This document shows, one piece after another, positions 40,325-54,901 of a stretch of DNA of 64,000 nt. A program made the position numbers and the translations under genes. Origin of the DNA: Octopus vulgaris (Eukaryota); assembly GCA_951406725.2 (NCBI GenBank), contig OX597815.1:86924001-86988000 (forward strand). Direction: 5' to 3'. The notes beneath the pieces are model-generated. The model was not told the DNA's origin. It ran no database searches and saw only the letters and a program-made list of their open reading frames with translations. How positions within the stretch are numbered: the stretch's first letter is position 1; each line of letters starts with the position of its first letter.

Positions 40325-41797
40325 TTCTTTATTAGCCACACAGGGCTGAACACAGACGGGACAAATTACAAAGTAGAGCTTTTCTTTTGGAGGAGAAAAA
40401 ATAAGTGGGGTAGGTTTTCGATCAAAAGGGATCGTAAAAAGGAAAGAAAAAAAACGATCAATAGGGATCGTGTATCACAGAAATGTCATGATGTAGGTGT
40501 AAAGGAGGAAGTAGATGAGGTTTATCCGTGGAAAGAAAAGCCTACCGAGAAGACCACGGTAACCTCGGTCAATAATGTCACATGTTAACACATTTATTTG
40601 CAAGTAAGTAACCCCCTGTTTTAAATTTTTCCGGGTTCATAGGATTATGCTCAAGGTGGCTTCGTCATTCATACGTGCAATCCTTGCTACATTCACTCAT
40701 CTATTTTTGAAACATTCGCTAGGCAAAAATTGTCTCTCTACTCTCACTTTCCTTTTCAAGTGATACTTGAAGAAGTTGATGAGAGTTTGACCAGAGAGGA
40801 AAGTGTTTGTCTCTAATCCTTTCAGACGCGTCCACCAGATACATTCTTTCGCCATAGTCACAAGTATGATGAAAATAGCTCTTCCTTCCCGTTTGAAGGA
40901 AGGAGGCGCGACGATATTGACGATAGACTTGGCTGATAAACCGACTTGTCCCACACGTGACAGCAGTCGTTCGACATAAGCCCACAGGTTGGAAATGGTT
41001 GGACACTGCACAAGTGCGTGCAGAACGGTTTCGTTGCTCTGATCGCATCTCGGTCCCGTGTTTCTCGAGCCATATCTGTAGAGCCTATCCCGAATGGGTA
41101 GCGCTTCTCGGTAGCACTTCCAGACCAGGGATCTCTGGAAGTTGTCCATAGGTCCCGGCCAGAAAGTCGTCTTGAACAGGCGGGTCGGGTATTCCTCGTC
41201 GACGCCCAGGTTCGCCGCGAGCTTGTCGTTGTACCTCCCCTCCACTAATCCCCTATAGAATGCTTTGATTGTGTTGAAGTCGCTAAAGTCAACTCGGTGC
41301 GGCATAGTTGCTTGAGAGCAACGCGACACTTGCGGTGCCATTCGACCTTCCTCGGCCTCTTTTTGATCCACGACTACAGTTCGGTCATGGAGACGAGTTG
41401 CCGGAAAGCGTGTCTCACAAACGGCAACCACACCTGTTCACCGTCGTCTATGTAGAGCCGGAGATGCTGCAGTCTCAGCGCGTGTCTGCGCATCATCAAC
41501 CACGGTATGCCCAGTCCTCCTTTTAACGGGTGTTGACAGCAAATGGATCGCCTTTCCACAAGAAGCGGAATAGAATGCGCTCTAGTTTGGTGATGGTAGG
41601 GTCGGGACAAGGCACGACTGTCAGGCGGTAGTAGATGATGGACGCGATGATTTTAGGGACAGTTTCCTCTCGGCCCATTGCCGGGCGGGAGTAACGACCC
41701 TACTCGTTACCTCGTTCTAGAGCAAACCAGACCCGAGCAACTCGACCGGACCGTCGGTCCAGCGTTCCACGACGAAGACGCCGGTGGACGACATGGG
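40325..41797 (-). mobile_element. 5'-truncated Tx1/L1-clade LINE (ORF2 C-terminus + 3' UTR) in a (TA)n tract
   Basis: KGGLGIP; LVWKCYREALPIRDRL...PRCDQSNETVLHALVQC...W zinc-knuckle. (TA)n on both sides. Confidence 0.8.
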
Positions 41798-41848
<51 letters not shown>

Positions 41849-42130
41849 CTTACACACATACACACACACAAGTACGCACGTAAAATACACCAAAGAAAAA
41901 ACACGTAAAAAAACATATAGAAATACGCATATATATACACAGATATACACACATATATGCGCCAGTGTTAATGCATCCATACACAAAAACATGCATATAG
42001 AGACGAAAACAAGTATACATACATACACACCTACAAATACTTGTATATACACATGTAGATAAAAACATAAATTCATTCATGCGCAAACACAAAGCATACA
42101 AGTAAAAGATGTCTACATACCTACATACGA

Positions 42131-42179
<49 letters not shown>

Positions 42180-42437
42180 TATATGCATACATAAGTATAC
42201 ATACACATACATACACATAAAAGAAAAAACATACATAAATATATACATATGTACATATACATACACATACACACATATACATATATATATACACAGATAC
42301 ATATAGAAACACGAGCGCAAGTGCATAAGCATACCCACACAAGCACACATACATACATGCACACACAGAATACATACATATTACCTAAGAGTGTAATAAG
42401 AGCTAATAAGTAAAAGGCAAAGAGGTAATCAGTAAGA

Positions 42438-44690
42438 CTATTTAATGTTAATGAAAAGAAATTTGGACATATGTTTACAAGAGAAACATCTCTCATCTCT
42501 CGAATTTAAGATAATTATATAAGACTCTTCAAGGCATAAAAGGCACGTTCTATTTTTAATCCTATAAGAGGGGGCAGAAGAAACAATATTCCAAGAAATT
42601 GAGAAATTTATGTTGTCTCTTTTAAGATTCCGTACCTTTTTGGATAAACTAGTATTACTTTCTTTCCGAGGATGAATAAAAGATGATTTACGATTATTCA
42701 AACGTAATTTAAGAGGGGTCTGGGTGCAACCTATGTAATAAAACTTAGAGAGATCTTGTGTTGTAATAGTAGCTTTATATACATTTTTCATTTTACAATT
42801 ACCTTTAACTTCACAGGTGTTGGGGTTTCTACAGTTACAATTGTTACTAATATTAGATGTACTATTATGTGTATGCGTGTTGATAGAGGAAGAGTTTGTG
42901 TGAGTATGGAAATCGTTGGTAGAAGATACAGAGCTATTTGAATAATTGGGGTTAATATAAGTATTAGAGGGGGTTAAATTCTTGTAGTAAATATTTAGTT
43001 TTCTATTGTTAAAGGAAGAAATAATCCTAAATAAGTGACGAGAAACAGAAAAGTCAAATCTAATCATTCTGCCAGCATACCTAGATTTACTAAAATTTGA
43101 TTTAATAATAGAAAGAATAGACTTGATAAAATTAGACTTCAAATGTTTAGGAAAAGGAAATATAATCCAAATTATGTTATTATTGTGTTTCTTATTGGTA
43201 TGGTGGCTTTTATTAGATGGATCACTCATTTGGAAGAAAGGTATAGGTTTCTTTTTACCTTTCGTATTAACACCATCACTAACAATGCTATTCTTATTAT
43301 TCTTGTTATTATTAATATTATTAATATCGTTATTATTATTCTTAATATTACCACCTTTATCATTATTATTATTATTAAGAAAATATTAGACATCATTAGA
43401 GCTGGTTATGTAGTTGTGTGGGGGATTTAGCATATGTGAAGAAATAAGAGAAGATATTTTGTGAAAGGACTTTGTTTCGTGTTATTTCCGACTATGATAA
43501 TGGCTTTCTCGTTATGATTGCCAGTGACATTACAATTGTTTATCTTATTAGAAATACAGGTATTGGTAGAATCTGGTTAGTAAAAATCTTGTTATTTGGT
43601 CCATAGTTGTTAATTTTTTTCTTTTTTATGGTGGAGTTATCTTTACAAATATACTTCATAGAGTAAAGTTGTGTGCCAGGGCATTCCAATTCATGATGGT
43701 GTTTAGAAATTGTGGTGTGTTTATTGGAATTCATAACCATATAGCTGTTGTTGTGGTTAGAAAAATCATTGTTAAATTTGTACTTAATTTGGTATTTATA
43801 ACTAGCATTTCTAAGAACCAGATTGTAAATAGTCTTTATGCTTATTAAATACTTCTTCATTCGAGGGTATTCTATTTTCAATGTTATAAAGTATATTATC
43901 AAGAATATTAGAAGGGCGATTGCTCTGCGCATGTATATAAGTAATATTGCTATTAGGTTTATGGTATGGTTGGTAAGCTGAAGTAGTGAGGTTAAAATTT
44001 GCATCGAAGAAGTTCACAGAAGTGTGATCCTGCTCAATGGTGATGGTACGTCCATGGCTTTTGAAAAATGTATGCAATCTCTTCTGGTATATTTCGATTT
44101 TACGGTTAGATGCATTTCGAACTACTAACAGAGCATCATCCCTGTACAGAAAACCTTCAAATTCTGGGAGGTGTAGTCAATAAATCCCGACAAAGTCGGT
44201 GACTTGAGCTGAATCTTGCGCACCCATTGGTATATCAAAGCAATCTGGTGTATCCTTTCTAGTCCAAACTTTTCCTTAGTGTCTTCCTCGCCTCAAGTAT
44301 AACTTTTATTTCTTTCATTGATAAGTAAGTACTATTCTTTGCGAAAATAAGAGCCTTATTAAGTAGAATAGGACCAATCGATTAATAATAACTATCAATG
44401 TCAAATTGGATGAATTTAGATTTCTTCTTGTCACTTAAGCATTGGAACCATTTAATGGTTTCCAGTGTGTGTGTCCATAGGTGGAATTTAACTTTAGATT
44501 CAAGGACATTAAGGTATTTATCTAGAATAAGTTTACTAAGTTTCCCATTGTCTGATTTACAGGGCCAAATCAGCCGCACTTTTGGATCTAAATGAAAATT
44601 TGGTTTATGGTCCTTCAGGGTAATCATGGATTTAGGAGGTTGGTATATTTCAGTGACGTCAGAGTTTTGTAATCATTCATTATCTTCTTA
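42438..44690 (-). mobile_element. Penelope-like element pseudogene: RT, Asn-rich linker, GIY-YIG endonuclease
   Basis: ITLKDHKPNF...VRLIWPCKS, FIQFDIDSYY, DIPMGA, LYRDDAL, VNFFD, CNCRNPNTC...VYKATI...YYIGCT, CLLCLEE. Confidence 0.92.
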
Positions 44691-45185
44691 GCTGTGTGGG
44701 AAGTAACTTGCTTACCAACCACATAGTTCTGAGTGCAGTCCCATTGCGTGGCACCTTGGGCAAGACTCTTCTACTATAGCTACGCGCCAACCAAAGCCTT
44801 ATGAGCGGACTTGGTAGACGAATGCTGGAAGAAGCTCGTCGTATATATAAATGCGTGTGTGTGTGTATGCGTGCGTGCGTGTCTGTGCGTGCGTGTCTGT
44901 GCGTATGTGTGTCTGTGTGTCTGTGACTGTGTGTCTGTGTCTGTGTCTGTGTCTGTGTGTCTGTGTGTGAGTCTGGGTGTGTATTTGCGTGTCTGTGTTT
45001 GTCCCCCCAACATCTCTTGACAACGGATGCTGGTGTGTTTACGTCCCCGAATCCTAGCAGTTCGGCAGAAGTGACCGATAGAATAAGTACTAGGCTTACA
45101 AAGAATAAGCTCTGGGGTCAGTTTGCTCGACTAAAAGCGGTGCTCCAGCATGGCCGCAATTAAAAGACTGAAACAAGTAAAAGAA
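44690..45185 (+). mobile_element. tRNA-derived SINE
   Basis: Same family as 21365-22118 and 24113-24536. Confidence 0.85.
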
Positions 45186-45204
45186 AAAATGACTCTCCCT
45201 AGAA

Positions 45205-45269
<65 letters not shown>

Positions 45270-45377
45270 TTAATCGTTTTAATTGTTAAAAGTTTTTTTA
45301 CCTTTGTAAGGTATTTCTTTCATGCTGGCCACTTGATAATTTCGACACTTAAATATCGATATTATCCTCATATATAA

Positions 45378-45444
<67 letters not shown>

Positions 45445-45541
45445 GATATATATATACGTATATATATACATACATATATATATACATATATAGATATATA
45501 TATATATATATACAAACACATGCAGATATAAATACATCATA

Positions 45542-45587
<46 letters not shown>

Positions 45588-46434
45588 TGCATACATATGC
45601 ATATATATATATATACATACATATATATATATATACATATACATATATATATATACATATGCATATATATATATACATACATATGCATATATATACATCC
45701 ATATACATAAATATATATATCCATACATATACATATATATATATATATGTGTGTATATATATATACATACATACATTATTAAATGTATGTGTATGTTTTA
45801 TTATGAAATCTCGCGTGTTTCCCATAATTCCTTAATCATACAACTTCCAAGTTAAAACACAGCTATTTCTCCATATTCATTCTCATTTTGTCACTCTTTC
45901 TCTCACTCTCTCGCCCTTCTACATCCTCTCCCCCTCCTCTCTCTCTCTCTCTCTCTCACTCAGTCTCTCTATGTATCTCTCTTTCTCTCACTCTTATCTT
46001 TAGTTCATTACTTCATTTGTTGTTATGCACTCCTTCCCGAGCACAATGACTTCCATAATGTAACACGTGTATGTACACTCGCGTATGCACGCACGGACAC
46101 GTATAAACGCACAAATACACATACACACACAAATACACACACATATACATATATATTTATATATATATTACTTGCTCTCCTTCTCTCTCACCTCATATAT
46201 CACCCCCATTATTCCACAATTCATTATCACTGCTATCTGTCATTGTTCAACGTTATCTACAGTAATACGGCTTCAATTACAGTTTCTCTTTTTTCTTCAT
46301 TCTTTTCTCGGTTCTTATTTCTTTTCTTTTTTTCTTTTACTTGTACTGACATCTCTTGTTTTCATTTATTAACTGTAAATTACTTAATTAACAACATATG
46401 TGTGTGTATGCGTGTATTTATATGTATGTATGTC

Positions 46435-46466
<32 letters not shown>

Positions 46467-46602
46467 TATATGTATGTATGTATGTATGATGTATGTATGT
46501 ACATACACACACTCTCTCACACACACACACTCTCTCTCACACACATATACATATATTCATATAAATATATACGATGTGAGAGAGAGAAAAAGAGAGAGAG
46601 AA

Positions 46603-46647
<45 letters not shown>

Positions 46648-46829
46648 AAGAGAGAGAGAGCATATGTACGTATATACGCCGATTCGCATACGCACATAAT
46701 GAAGTATATGTGCGTGTGTATAAGCGTGTGTGTTTTACGGAGCTAGACCGAAAGTAATTTAGTTTTTTTTTCTTCTTGTTTGTTATTTATTCATTAACTG
46801 ACATATATCGTTAAAATTAAACATCTTGG

Positions 46830-47760
46830 TAAAATAACTCTTCCACCGTACAAATGTTCAACTCATCATAGCCTCCATCACAAGCATTGCATTTGCGCCC
46901 TCGCTGACCTAACTCTCAAATTCTTCTTTACTGGACCGAACATGTGGAAGCTGGAGGGCACCAGATGTGAATTGTATGGTGGAGAGGAGGACTGAGCAAC
47001 TTAATTTATCAATTGTCTGATTTCTTGCCAAAGATTATATGCTGTCGGGCTTGTTTTCAGACTCGAGTTCGGTCTTTTCCTCCTAATGGCTTCTTTAAGC
47101 CATTTGAGTGACTCAGTGTACTACTCACTCTTTACGGTACTGCCACGTTCCAGAAAATTAAGATGAATGATGCTTTTATTATGTCTAAAATCAGTTATTG
47201 TGACTTTCTGTACCGATCACTGGCCTTGAACTCTTTAGGTCTTAGGAGAAGAAATATGTTACCTTTCTATAGACTGATCCCTCGTTTCCTGATCATAAAG
47301 ATATGATCACGTTTCATCCCTTATTACTAGATCGGGAGACAAAGCGTATATCCATTGACTTCAGGCGGCTTCCAGCAAATCAAAGCAAACTTCCATCTTT
47401 CTCTCCTTGAAATATGGTGTAACCACTTTGCATAAACTTCCCGGTACCCAATCTTTCATCACTTACACGAATGCATTGTGTACACAGTTGAACTGTGCAG
47501 CAATCTCACAGACTATGACTTGTTTGTCCTAGCGAAACAATGAGCCTATTCACTGTCGATTTGTGCCAGTGATGGCAGTTGCTCTCCCACTGCACGGTTT
47601 GTCTTCAACGCAAGTTTCCTTTCTTCAAACTAAAATTTGTGGCCTTTTGTTGATGCCGAACAAGATGACCTCCTCCTTCGTCAAAAACAGTTTGTTGTTT
47701 CTACTTAGAACCTATTTGTTTGCAATGAAGGAGAACAGAAAGAAGAGTTACTATACTAAC
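46830..47760 (-). mobile_element. Highly decayed mariner transposase
   Basis: Minus-strand DET* (GDETW-like) near 47310 and PPYNSHLVPS (HPPYSPDLAPS-like) near 46970. Confidence 0.6.
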
Positions 47761-48464
47761 ATGTACAATTCGAACGACCTTCTGTTAATAAAAACCTTAT
47801 ACCTACTCTTGTATTATTTTCGGTGCACTCAAACACGCGCGTGCGCATGAAACTATTTTCACTTTAATTACGAGTAATTTAATCCTATAATTATTACTAC
47901 TCATTTCTCTAAGCTATTTTCATTCAGTTTAAATTGTTTTTCTTTTAGTAATTCAGGAGCATCTTGTAGAGTATCTTACAATCAAATTAAACGTTTTTGT
48001 GTTCCTGATACTCTGACTGCTTCTGTATATTTTCGATTTTTTACACCAGAGTGTTTATAAATTCTCCGCAACACTTTCTGTTATAACGCTGATGGAATAC
48101 CTAATCTACATACGTATGAAGGCTCGACTATTAGAGACATATTCATACCTGGAAATGATATAGAATGTGTATGAGGCTATAAAAATTATATTCCGTGCTT
48201 GATAGGGGAAACTGGTATTACTTCGAACTTTTGTGAGTCGATATCTAGAGAAGGACTGAGTGTTTTACTGCAAGGGAACTTAAAGTGAGACAAAAAAGGA
48301 ATGACAAGAATTTCTAATAGTATCACGGGGAGATACAATAGTAAATGGGAGAAAGTAATCAATACTGTGAGATAGACCGGAACATTATTTATTTAAAACT
48401 GAGACGCCACATGGAAGTTTCGTGTTCTTGATCACCAGACGAATAATAATATGGTATCCGAAGT

Positions 48465-48495
<31 letters not shown>

Positions 48496-49420
48496 ATCGA
48501 CTGAATCCATATATGTCACCTATCGAACAAGTGGAAACTATTGGCTCCACGTACAGATGTATAACAATATTTACATATTAAATTTCTGTATAAATGATTT
48601 GTAGTTGATGTAATTTTTCTGTAGAAACTTTTCTGAGATAAATTTGTGTGGAAATTCTATGAAAAATTTTTGTGAAGAGTCCCGTGTGGAACTTATGATT
48701 GCAATTATGTGAAAATTATTGATTAGGGAAGAGATGGTTTGAAGAATTTGTGATAAATTGGTTTTTATCAGTGGGGTTATTTATGATTTTTTTTTTTATA
48801 AATAGTACATTTTTCTTTGTTGTGTATATATTAAGCTAAATAGTTATTGTTGGTATGTTGAAGATATAGATTTATATTTCTTATTTTATATATTTCTCAT
48901 GTATTTTATAGTGATTAAGCGCTCAAGTGGTTTCATATTCAAATATCAATGTATTTGGGTATTCGAGCGTTTTTATTGAGATCTGAACATCCATATATTT
49001 ATATTTATATATATATTTGTACTTCCCTATTTTTTTTGCTTTTCTCTGCTTGTGTATGTGCGCATGCGTGCGCGTGTGTATGTGTGTGCGTACAAGAATA
49101 TGCAGTTGTATATAGGTATGTTCTCACACATATTTTATTGGGAAGCTTGTGTATATGCATACGTACGTGTGAGTATGTGTGGGGGGATGTATGCGTTTGC
49201 TTGTGTGAGTGTGCGAATGGACAGACAGTCAGACAGATTGATAGATAACATCGAAAGTTAAAAGAACACTAACCTTCACTCTTGTCTTTTCATATATGCA
49301 TGTGTCTGTATGTGCGTGTATGCATGCATGCGCTTATGTTTTGATGTATGTGGTGTGCATGTATGAATCTGGATGTAAGTATGTACGTATGTATGTAAAT
49401 GTAGGCGTGTCTGTATTTAC

Positions 49421-49473
<53 letters not shown>

Positions 49474-50329
49474 TAATCCAAACAAGAAAACAAAAAGACA
49501 ACAACGCAAGGATGTGGAACAAATAAAGTATTATTGGACGCTCAGGAAAGAAGGGAAGAAGTGTGTGTGTGTTTGTGCGCACGTGTGTGTGTGTGTACAA
49601 TTGCATACATAAGTGTATGCATGTACACTTCAAAAATAATTTGCTGTCTTTGGCCTTTTCAGCTTTCATTTTTTTTATCTATAATCATGTTCAATGCTTT
49701 GTTTGTATACCTTACATAAAATCAAATATCTATATACTAAAAGATAAAATAAAAATGGCGCACGTATACCGTAACCTTTAAATGAAAATATAACATCGTA
49801 GGTGGAAAATGATGCTTTACCTTTCTAATGGTACTGTGTATTTTTTTAAATTATTAAAAATTTACAGAATTATTACAAATGTATAAAATTATTTGAAATG
49901 TATAATAAAAACTACCTTCAACCTAAATATATAAGCTATATTATGTATTACTCAAGCTGTCCCATTTTATAGATGCAAATATAAAAATACTCCAGAATCC
50001 GTAAAAGTTTCGAGCTCCACTGTTCTACAATGGCTTCTGCTCAGAGGTGGGAACTGCTCGTATCCCCAACAGTCAGGGACTCCCGATCTACTCATTTCCC
50101 CACTTTTCGCCATACTTGTTGCGTTCAACCCCACTTTCCTTACACTATGCCCAACCCTTCATCCTTTGCTTTTCTCTTGTCTTTTTTTTTTTGTTGGGGG
50201 TAAACGTTGACTGCAACACTTTAAGCTTAAAGGCATCAATCTCAGAAACCCTACAAAGGCCGTAATCCGTGCCCCTTACTACAAATTCAGCAGGCAAATA
50301 ATTTACACAGATCTATATACGTATATGTA

Positions 50330-50547
50330 CGAGGAGTGCTGAAAAGCTCCTGGTTTTGAGTAAAATAAAATACAGGAGGATCAGTTAATTATGATTTTAT
50401 TCAATATAATCCCCCCCCCCTCAGATTCGCTCACTTATTGCAGTGGTCCTTCAGATTTTGTAAGCCCTATAAAATAACTCGGAATGTTGGACCTCCAGGT
50501 AGGCCTTTCGCGACACCCTTAAAACCAGGAACTTTTCAGCACTCTCT
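50330..50547. mobile_element. Mariner-type MITE with TA TSD
   Basis: TA|CGAGGAGTGCTGAAAAGCTCCTGGTTTT ... AAAACCAGGAACTTTTCAGCACTCTCT|TA. Confidence 0.82.
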
Positions 50548-51059
50548 TATGTGCATGTGTGTGTGTGTGTGTGCGCGCGCGACGCGTGTGTGTGTGTGTG
50601 CGCGCGTGACGCGTGTGTGTGTGCGTGTGTGTGTACACACATGTGCTGCATTCATGTATACCTACATATGATTGTATAAATACATATATATTCATTATTT
50701 TCATATATGCACGTGTGTGTGTGTGTGTGATTATACAAATATACATTCACACGCACAGTACATACTTTCCTTAATATCATTACGTTTATCTCAATCACGC
50801 ATACGTACACATCCTTGCATCTCCCCTGTTCTATGTCCTTGACTTACAGATATTTCATAGCCTTACTTAAAATTCGTTATTTCTTCAGTCTTGAGATTTT
50901 CTCTCTCTATTTTCCGCCCATTTTCAATCTGTTTAGCTCTCTCTTCCCAACTATTTCGAATTTTTCGCTAATTATCAAATGATCATCCTCTTTCTCTTTT
51001 TCTCCCTCTCTCCTTCTCTCTGTTTCTCTCCCTCATTATACATATATAGAGAGAGAGTG

Positions 51060-51121
<62 letters not shown>

Positions 51122-51456
51122 TTGTCAGCCTCTCTCTACCTCCAGTTATCTTACATACTTTCTGACTTTCTTTTCTTTTCACTCTTTAATCTTTGTATAT
51201 TTCATGTTCTTATTCTCTCTTTCATTCTGTTTCGTTGGAGCTCTTTTCTCTTCCTTTGTTTTCTCTTTCCTTTTTCGTTCCTTCGCGTCCCTCACAACTC
51301 CCTTTCTTGTTCCCTTCCTCCCTCTATTCCTCTTTCCTCACGCTTTTCTTCTCTGACACAACCACTTTTAAACTCAGCGAGTGATATATATATATATATA
51401 TACATATACATATTTATATATATATATATATGTGAGTGTGTGTGTATGTATGTATG

Positions 51457-51489
<33 letters not shown>

Positions 51490-51534
51490 GCATGTATGTA
51501 TGTATGTATATAAATATAAATATATATATATATA

Positions 51535-51626
<92 letters not shown>

Positions 51627-51714
51627 CGCACTATCTCTTCCTCACATACGCACACACTCACATACAACTTTCTTGTTTTCCCTCTCTCTCTTTCTCTTTC
51701 TCTCTCTCTTTCTT

Positions 51715-51758
<44 letters not shown>

Positions 51759-51767
51759 CTCTCTCGC

Positions 51768-51813
<46 letters not shown>

Positions 51814-52165
51814 ACAGACTGGGTTGCAGAAAAGGTGTTCCCATACATATGAAAACATACATTTTACATGCACTTTCATTGATAGTTGCAAAACGAAAAG
51901 CTAACTCAACTGCACACGTTCACACACACCATGTTACATAAAACACCGAGGTTATAGGCAGAAAGCGCGTGCACACACACATACACGCACAAACACTCAC
52001 ACACACTGAGTAGTATTTAATGTTGAATTTTTCTGAAACACACACATATTTCAAGTTACGAGCCAGATATAAATGTATATTTCAGAACGACCTTAATAAA
52101 ATGCATCCTCGCCCACGCACGGTACTCGTGAGAGCTCATTCAGTGCTTAGTTTCAATCAAACTAG

Positions 52166-52208
<43 letters not shown>

Positions 52209-52225
52209 TAGATAGATAGATAGAT

Positions 52226-52279
<54 letters not shown>

Positions 52280-52440
52280 ATATATATATACACATACAAA
52301 GTATATTATACCTACGTCAGCACTTACTCGTGAGAAAACTCTTCATGTTCGCTTAGGTAGCTAGAAATACCAGCCAAATAACTCAAAAACTACACTAATA
52401 TGCTAAAAAAACAAAAAAAATATTGGATAATGTAGCTTGC

Positions 52441-52484
<44 letters not shown>

Positions 52485-52738
52485 GTATCTATCTATCTAT
52501 CTATTTATCTATTTATCTATCTGTCTATATTTATAGCTATATACCTGCCTTTATTACTTGTTCTTATTCTTATTCTCCTTTCCATTGCCGGTAAATGAGA
52601 CGATTGAATAACCTCTGGTCACGAATATGCGAAGACTAAATAATCAGCACGTGCTGGAGGCAGTAAAAGAGCATATATATGTATATGGATATGTGAGAGC
52701 ATGAGAGAGAGTGTGTGTAGGGACACACATGCATTATA

Positions 52739-53118
52739 TCTCTCTATATATAAACGGCAGTTTGTCTGTCTGCGTGTCTGCGTGTCTGTGAGTCTGTTAG
52801 GTTGTACCCTCACCCTGACCACGGCTTTCAACCGATTCTGATGAAACTTGACACACACATAGCCCAATGTCATAATTCAAAACTAACGCAGCGAAAATTT
52901 TGAAAAGTTCCCCCAGTTCTTAAAAAAAATCGATAAATTCGACATGGGGTCGAGAATCAGAAACACAAACCACAGACTGTCTAGGGGACACAACTCGACC
53001 TTTTTAACTCTCAAAAAAATTTACCATCATTTTTTTTCTATTTTTTGGCTATAACTCTCTAAAAATGCTTTATAGTTATTTCCCTTACAAACCCGAGCAA
53101 CGCCGGGCGATACTGCTA

Positions 53119-53119
<1 letters not shown>
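52739..53119 (+). mobile_element. Non-autonomous Helitron copy 1
   Basis: A|TCTCTCTATATATAAACGGCAG ... CCCGAGCAACGCCGGGCGATACTGCTAG|T. Confidence 0.95.
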
Positions 53120-53144
<25 letters not shown>

Positions 53145-53158
<14 letters not shown>

Positions 53159-53522
53159 GGCAGTTTGTCTGTCTGCGTGTCTGCGAGTCTGTGAGTCTGT
53201 TAGGTTGTACCCTCACCCTGACCACGGCTTTCAACCGATTCTGATGAAACTTGACACACACATAGCCCAATGTCATAATTCAAAACTGACGCAGCGAAAA
53301 TTTCGAAAAGTTCCCCCAGTTCTGAAAAAAAATCGATAAATTCGACATGAGGTCGAGAATCAGAAACACAAACCACAGACTGTCTAGGGGACGCAACTCG
53401 ACCTTTTTAACTCTCAAAAAAAATTTACCATCATTTCTTTTCTATTTTTTGGCTATAACTCTCTAAAAATGCTTTATAGTTATTTCCCTTACAAACCCGA
53501 GCAACGCCGGGCGATACTGCTA

Positions 53523-53523
<1 letters not shown>
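53145..53523 (+). mobile_element. Non-autonomous Helitron copy 2 (tandem; 5' TC lost in (TA)n)
   Basis: Near-identical to copy 1, ends CTAG|T. Start is approximate. Confidence 0.92.
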
Positions 53524-53580
<57 letters not shown>

Positions 53581-53775
53581 GTTATGAGAGGTTATGAGAG
53601 GTAATGGTGTCAAGAAGACCCAAAGGTGTCAGGTAATGCTGAGTAAGTGCTATGGCAGACTATAGTTAAGCTCCAGATATAAAATAGAGCGGAAACAGCT
53701 GTAAGACCTCTTTGTAAATGTTCTGAAATCTTTCACAGCATTGGATTTGTTTATCTCATTCTGTTTATACATACA

Positions 53776-53809
<34 letters not shown>

Positions 53810-53848
53810 CATAAATACATAAATATATATATATATATATATATATAA

Positions 53849-54218
53849 CTAGCAGTATCGCCCGGCGTTGCTCGGGTTTGTAAGGGAAATAACTATAAAG
53901 CATTTTTAGAGAGTTATAGCCAAAAAAATGGGAAAAAAATGATGGTAAATTTTTTTAGTTAAAAAGGTCGAGTTGCGTCCCCTAGACAGTCTGTGGTTTG
54001 TGTTTCTGATTCTCGACTCCATGTCGAATTTATCGATTTTTTTCAGAACTGGGGGAACTTTTCAAAATTTTCGCTGCGTTAGTTTTGAATTATGACATTG
54101 GGCTATGTGTGTGTCAAGTTTCATCAGAATCGGTTGAAAGCCGTGGTCAGGGTGAGGGTACAACCTGACAGACACACAGAAACACACACAGACAAACTGC
54201 CGTTTATATATAGAGAGA
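53849..54218 (-). mobile_element. Non-autonomous Helitron copy 3
   Basis: Same termini on the minus strand. Confidence 0.95.
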
Positions 54219-54425
54219 TATGTGTGTGTGTGTGTGTGATTGTCTGTGTGTATGTGTGTGTGTGTGTATATGTATGTATGTATGTTTGTATGTATATATA
54301 TATATGTATGTATGCATCTGTATATATATATATACATATAATTGTTAGAGGACAACAAACGTTAAGGCAAGACAAACATCTCAAGTCATACGTTGTTATT
54401 TGTCTATATATACGTATATATATTA

Positions 54426-54808
54426 CTAGCAGTATCGCCCGGCGTTGCTCAGGTTTGTAAGGGAAATAACTATAAAGCATTTTTAGAGAGTTATAGCCAA
54501 AAAATAGCAAAAAAATGGGAAAAAAATTATGGTAAATTTTTTTTAGAGTTAAAAAAGGTGGAGTTGCGTCCCCTAGACGGTCTGTGGTTTGGGTTTTTGA
54601 TTCTCGACCCCATGTCGAATTTATCGATTTTTTTCAGAACTGGGGGAACTTTTCAAAATTTTCGCTGCGTTAGTTTTGAATTATGACATTGGGCTATGTG
54701 TGTGTCAAGTTTCATCAGAATCGGTTGAAAGCCGTGGTCAGAGTGAGGGTACGAGAAAACAGACACACAGAAAACGCACAGACAAACTGCCGTTTATATA
54801 GAGAGAGA
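54426..54808 (-). mobile_element. Non-autonomous Helitron copy 4
   Basis: Same termini on the minus strand. Confidence 0.95.
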
Positions 54809-54901
54809 TATTTATATAAATCGCTATTTTAAATAGCGATTAAATCTAGTGGCAGCATGGGAAGAAAAAGAAACCTTATAGGTTATAATAATTATTGAAA
54901 T

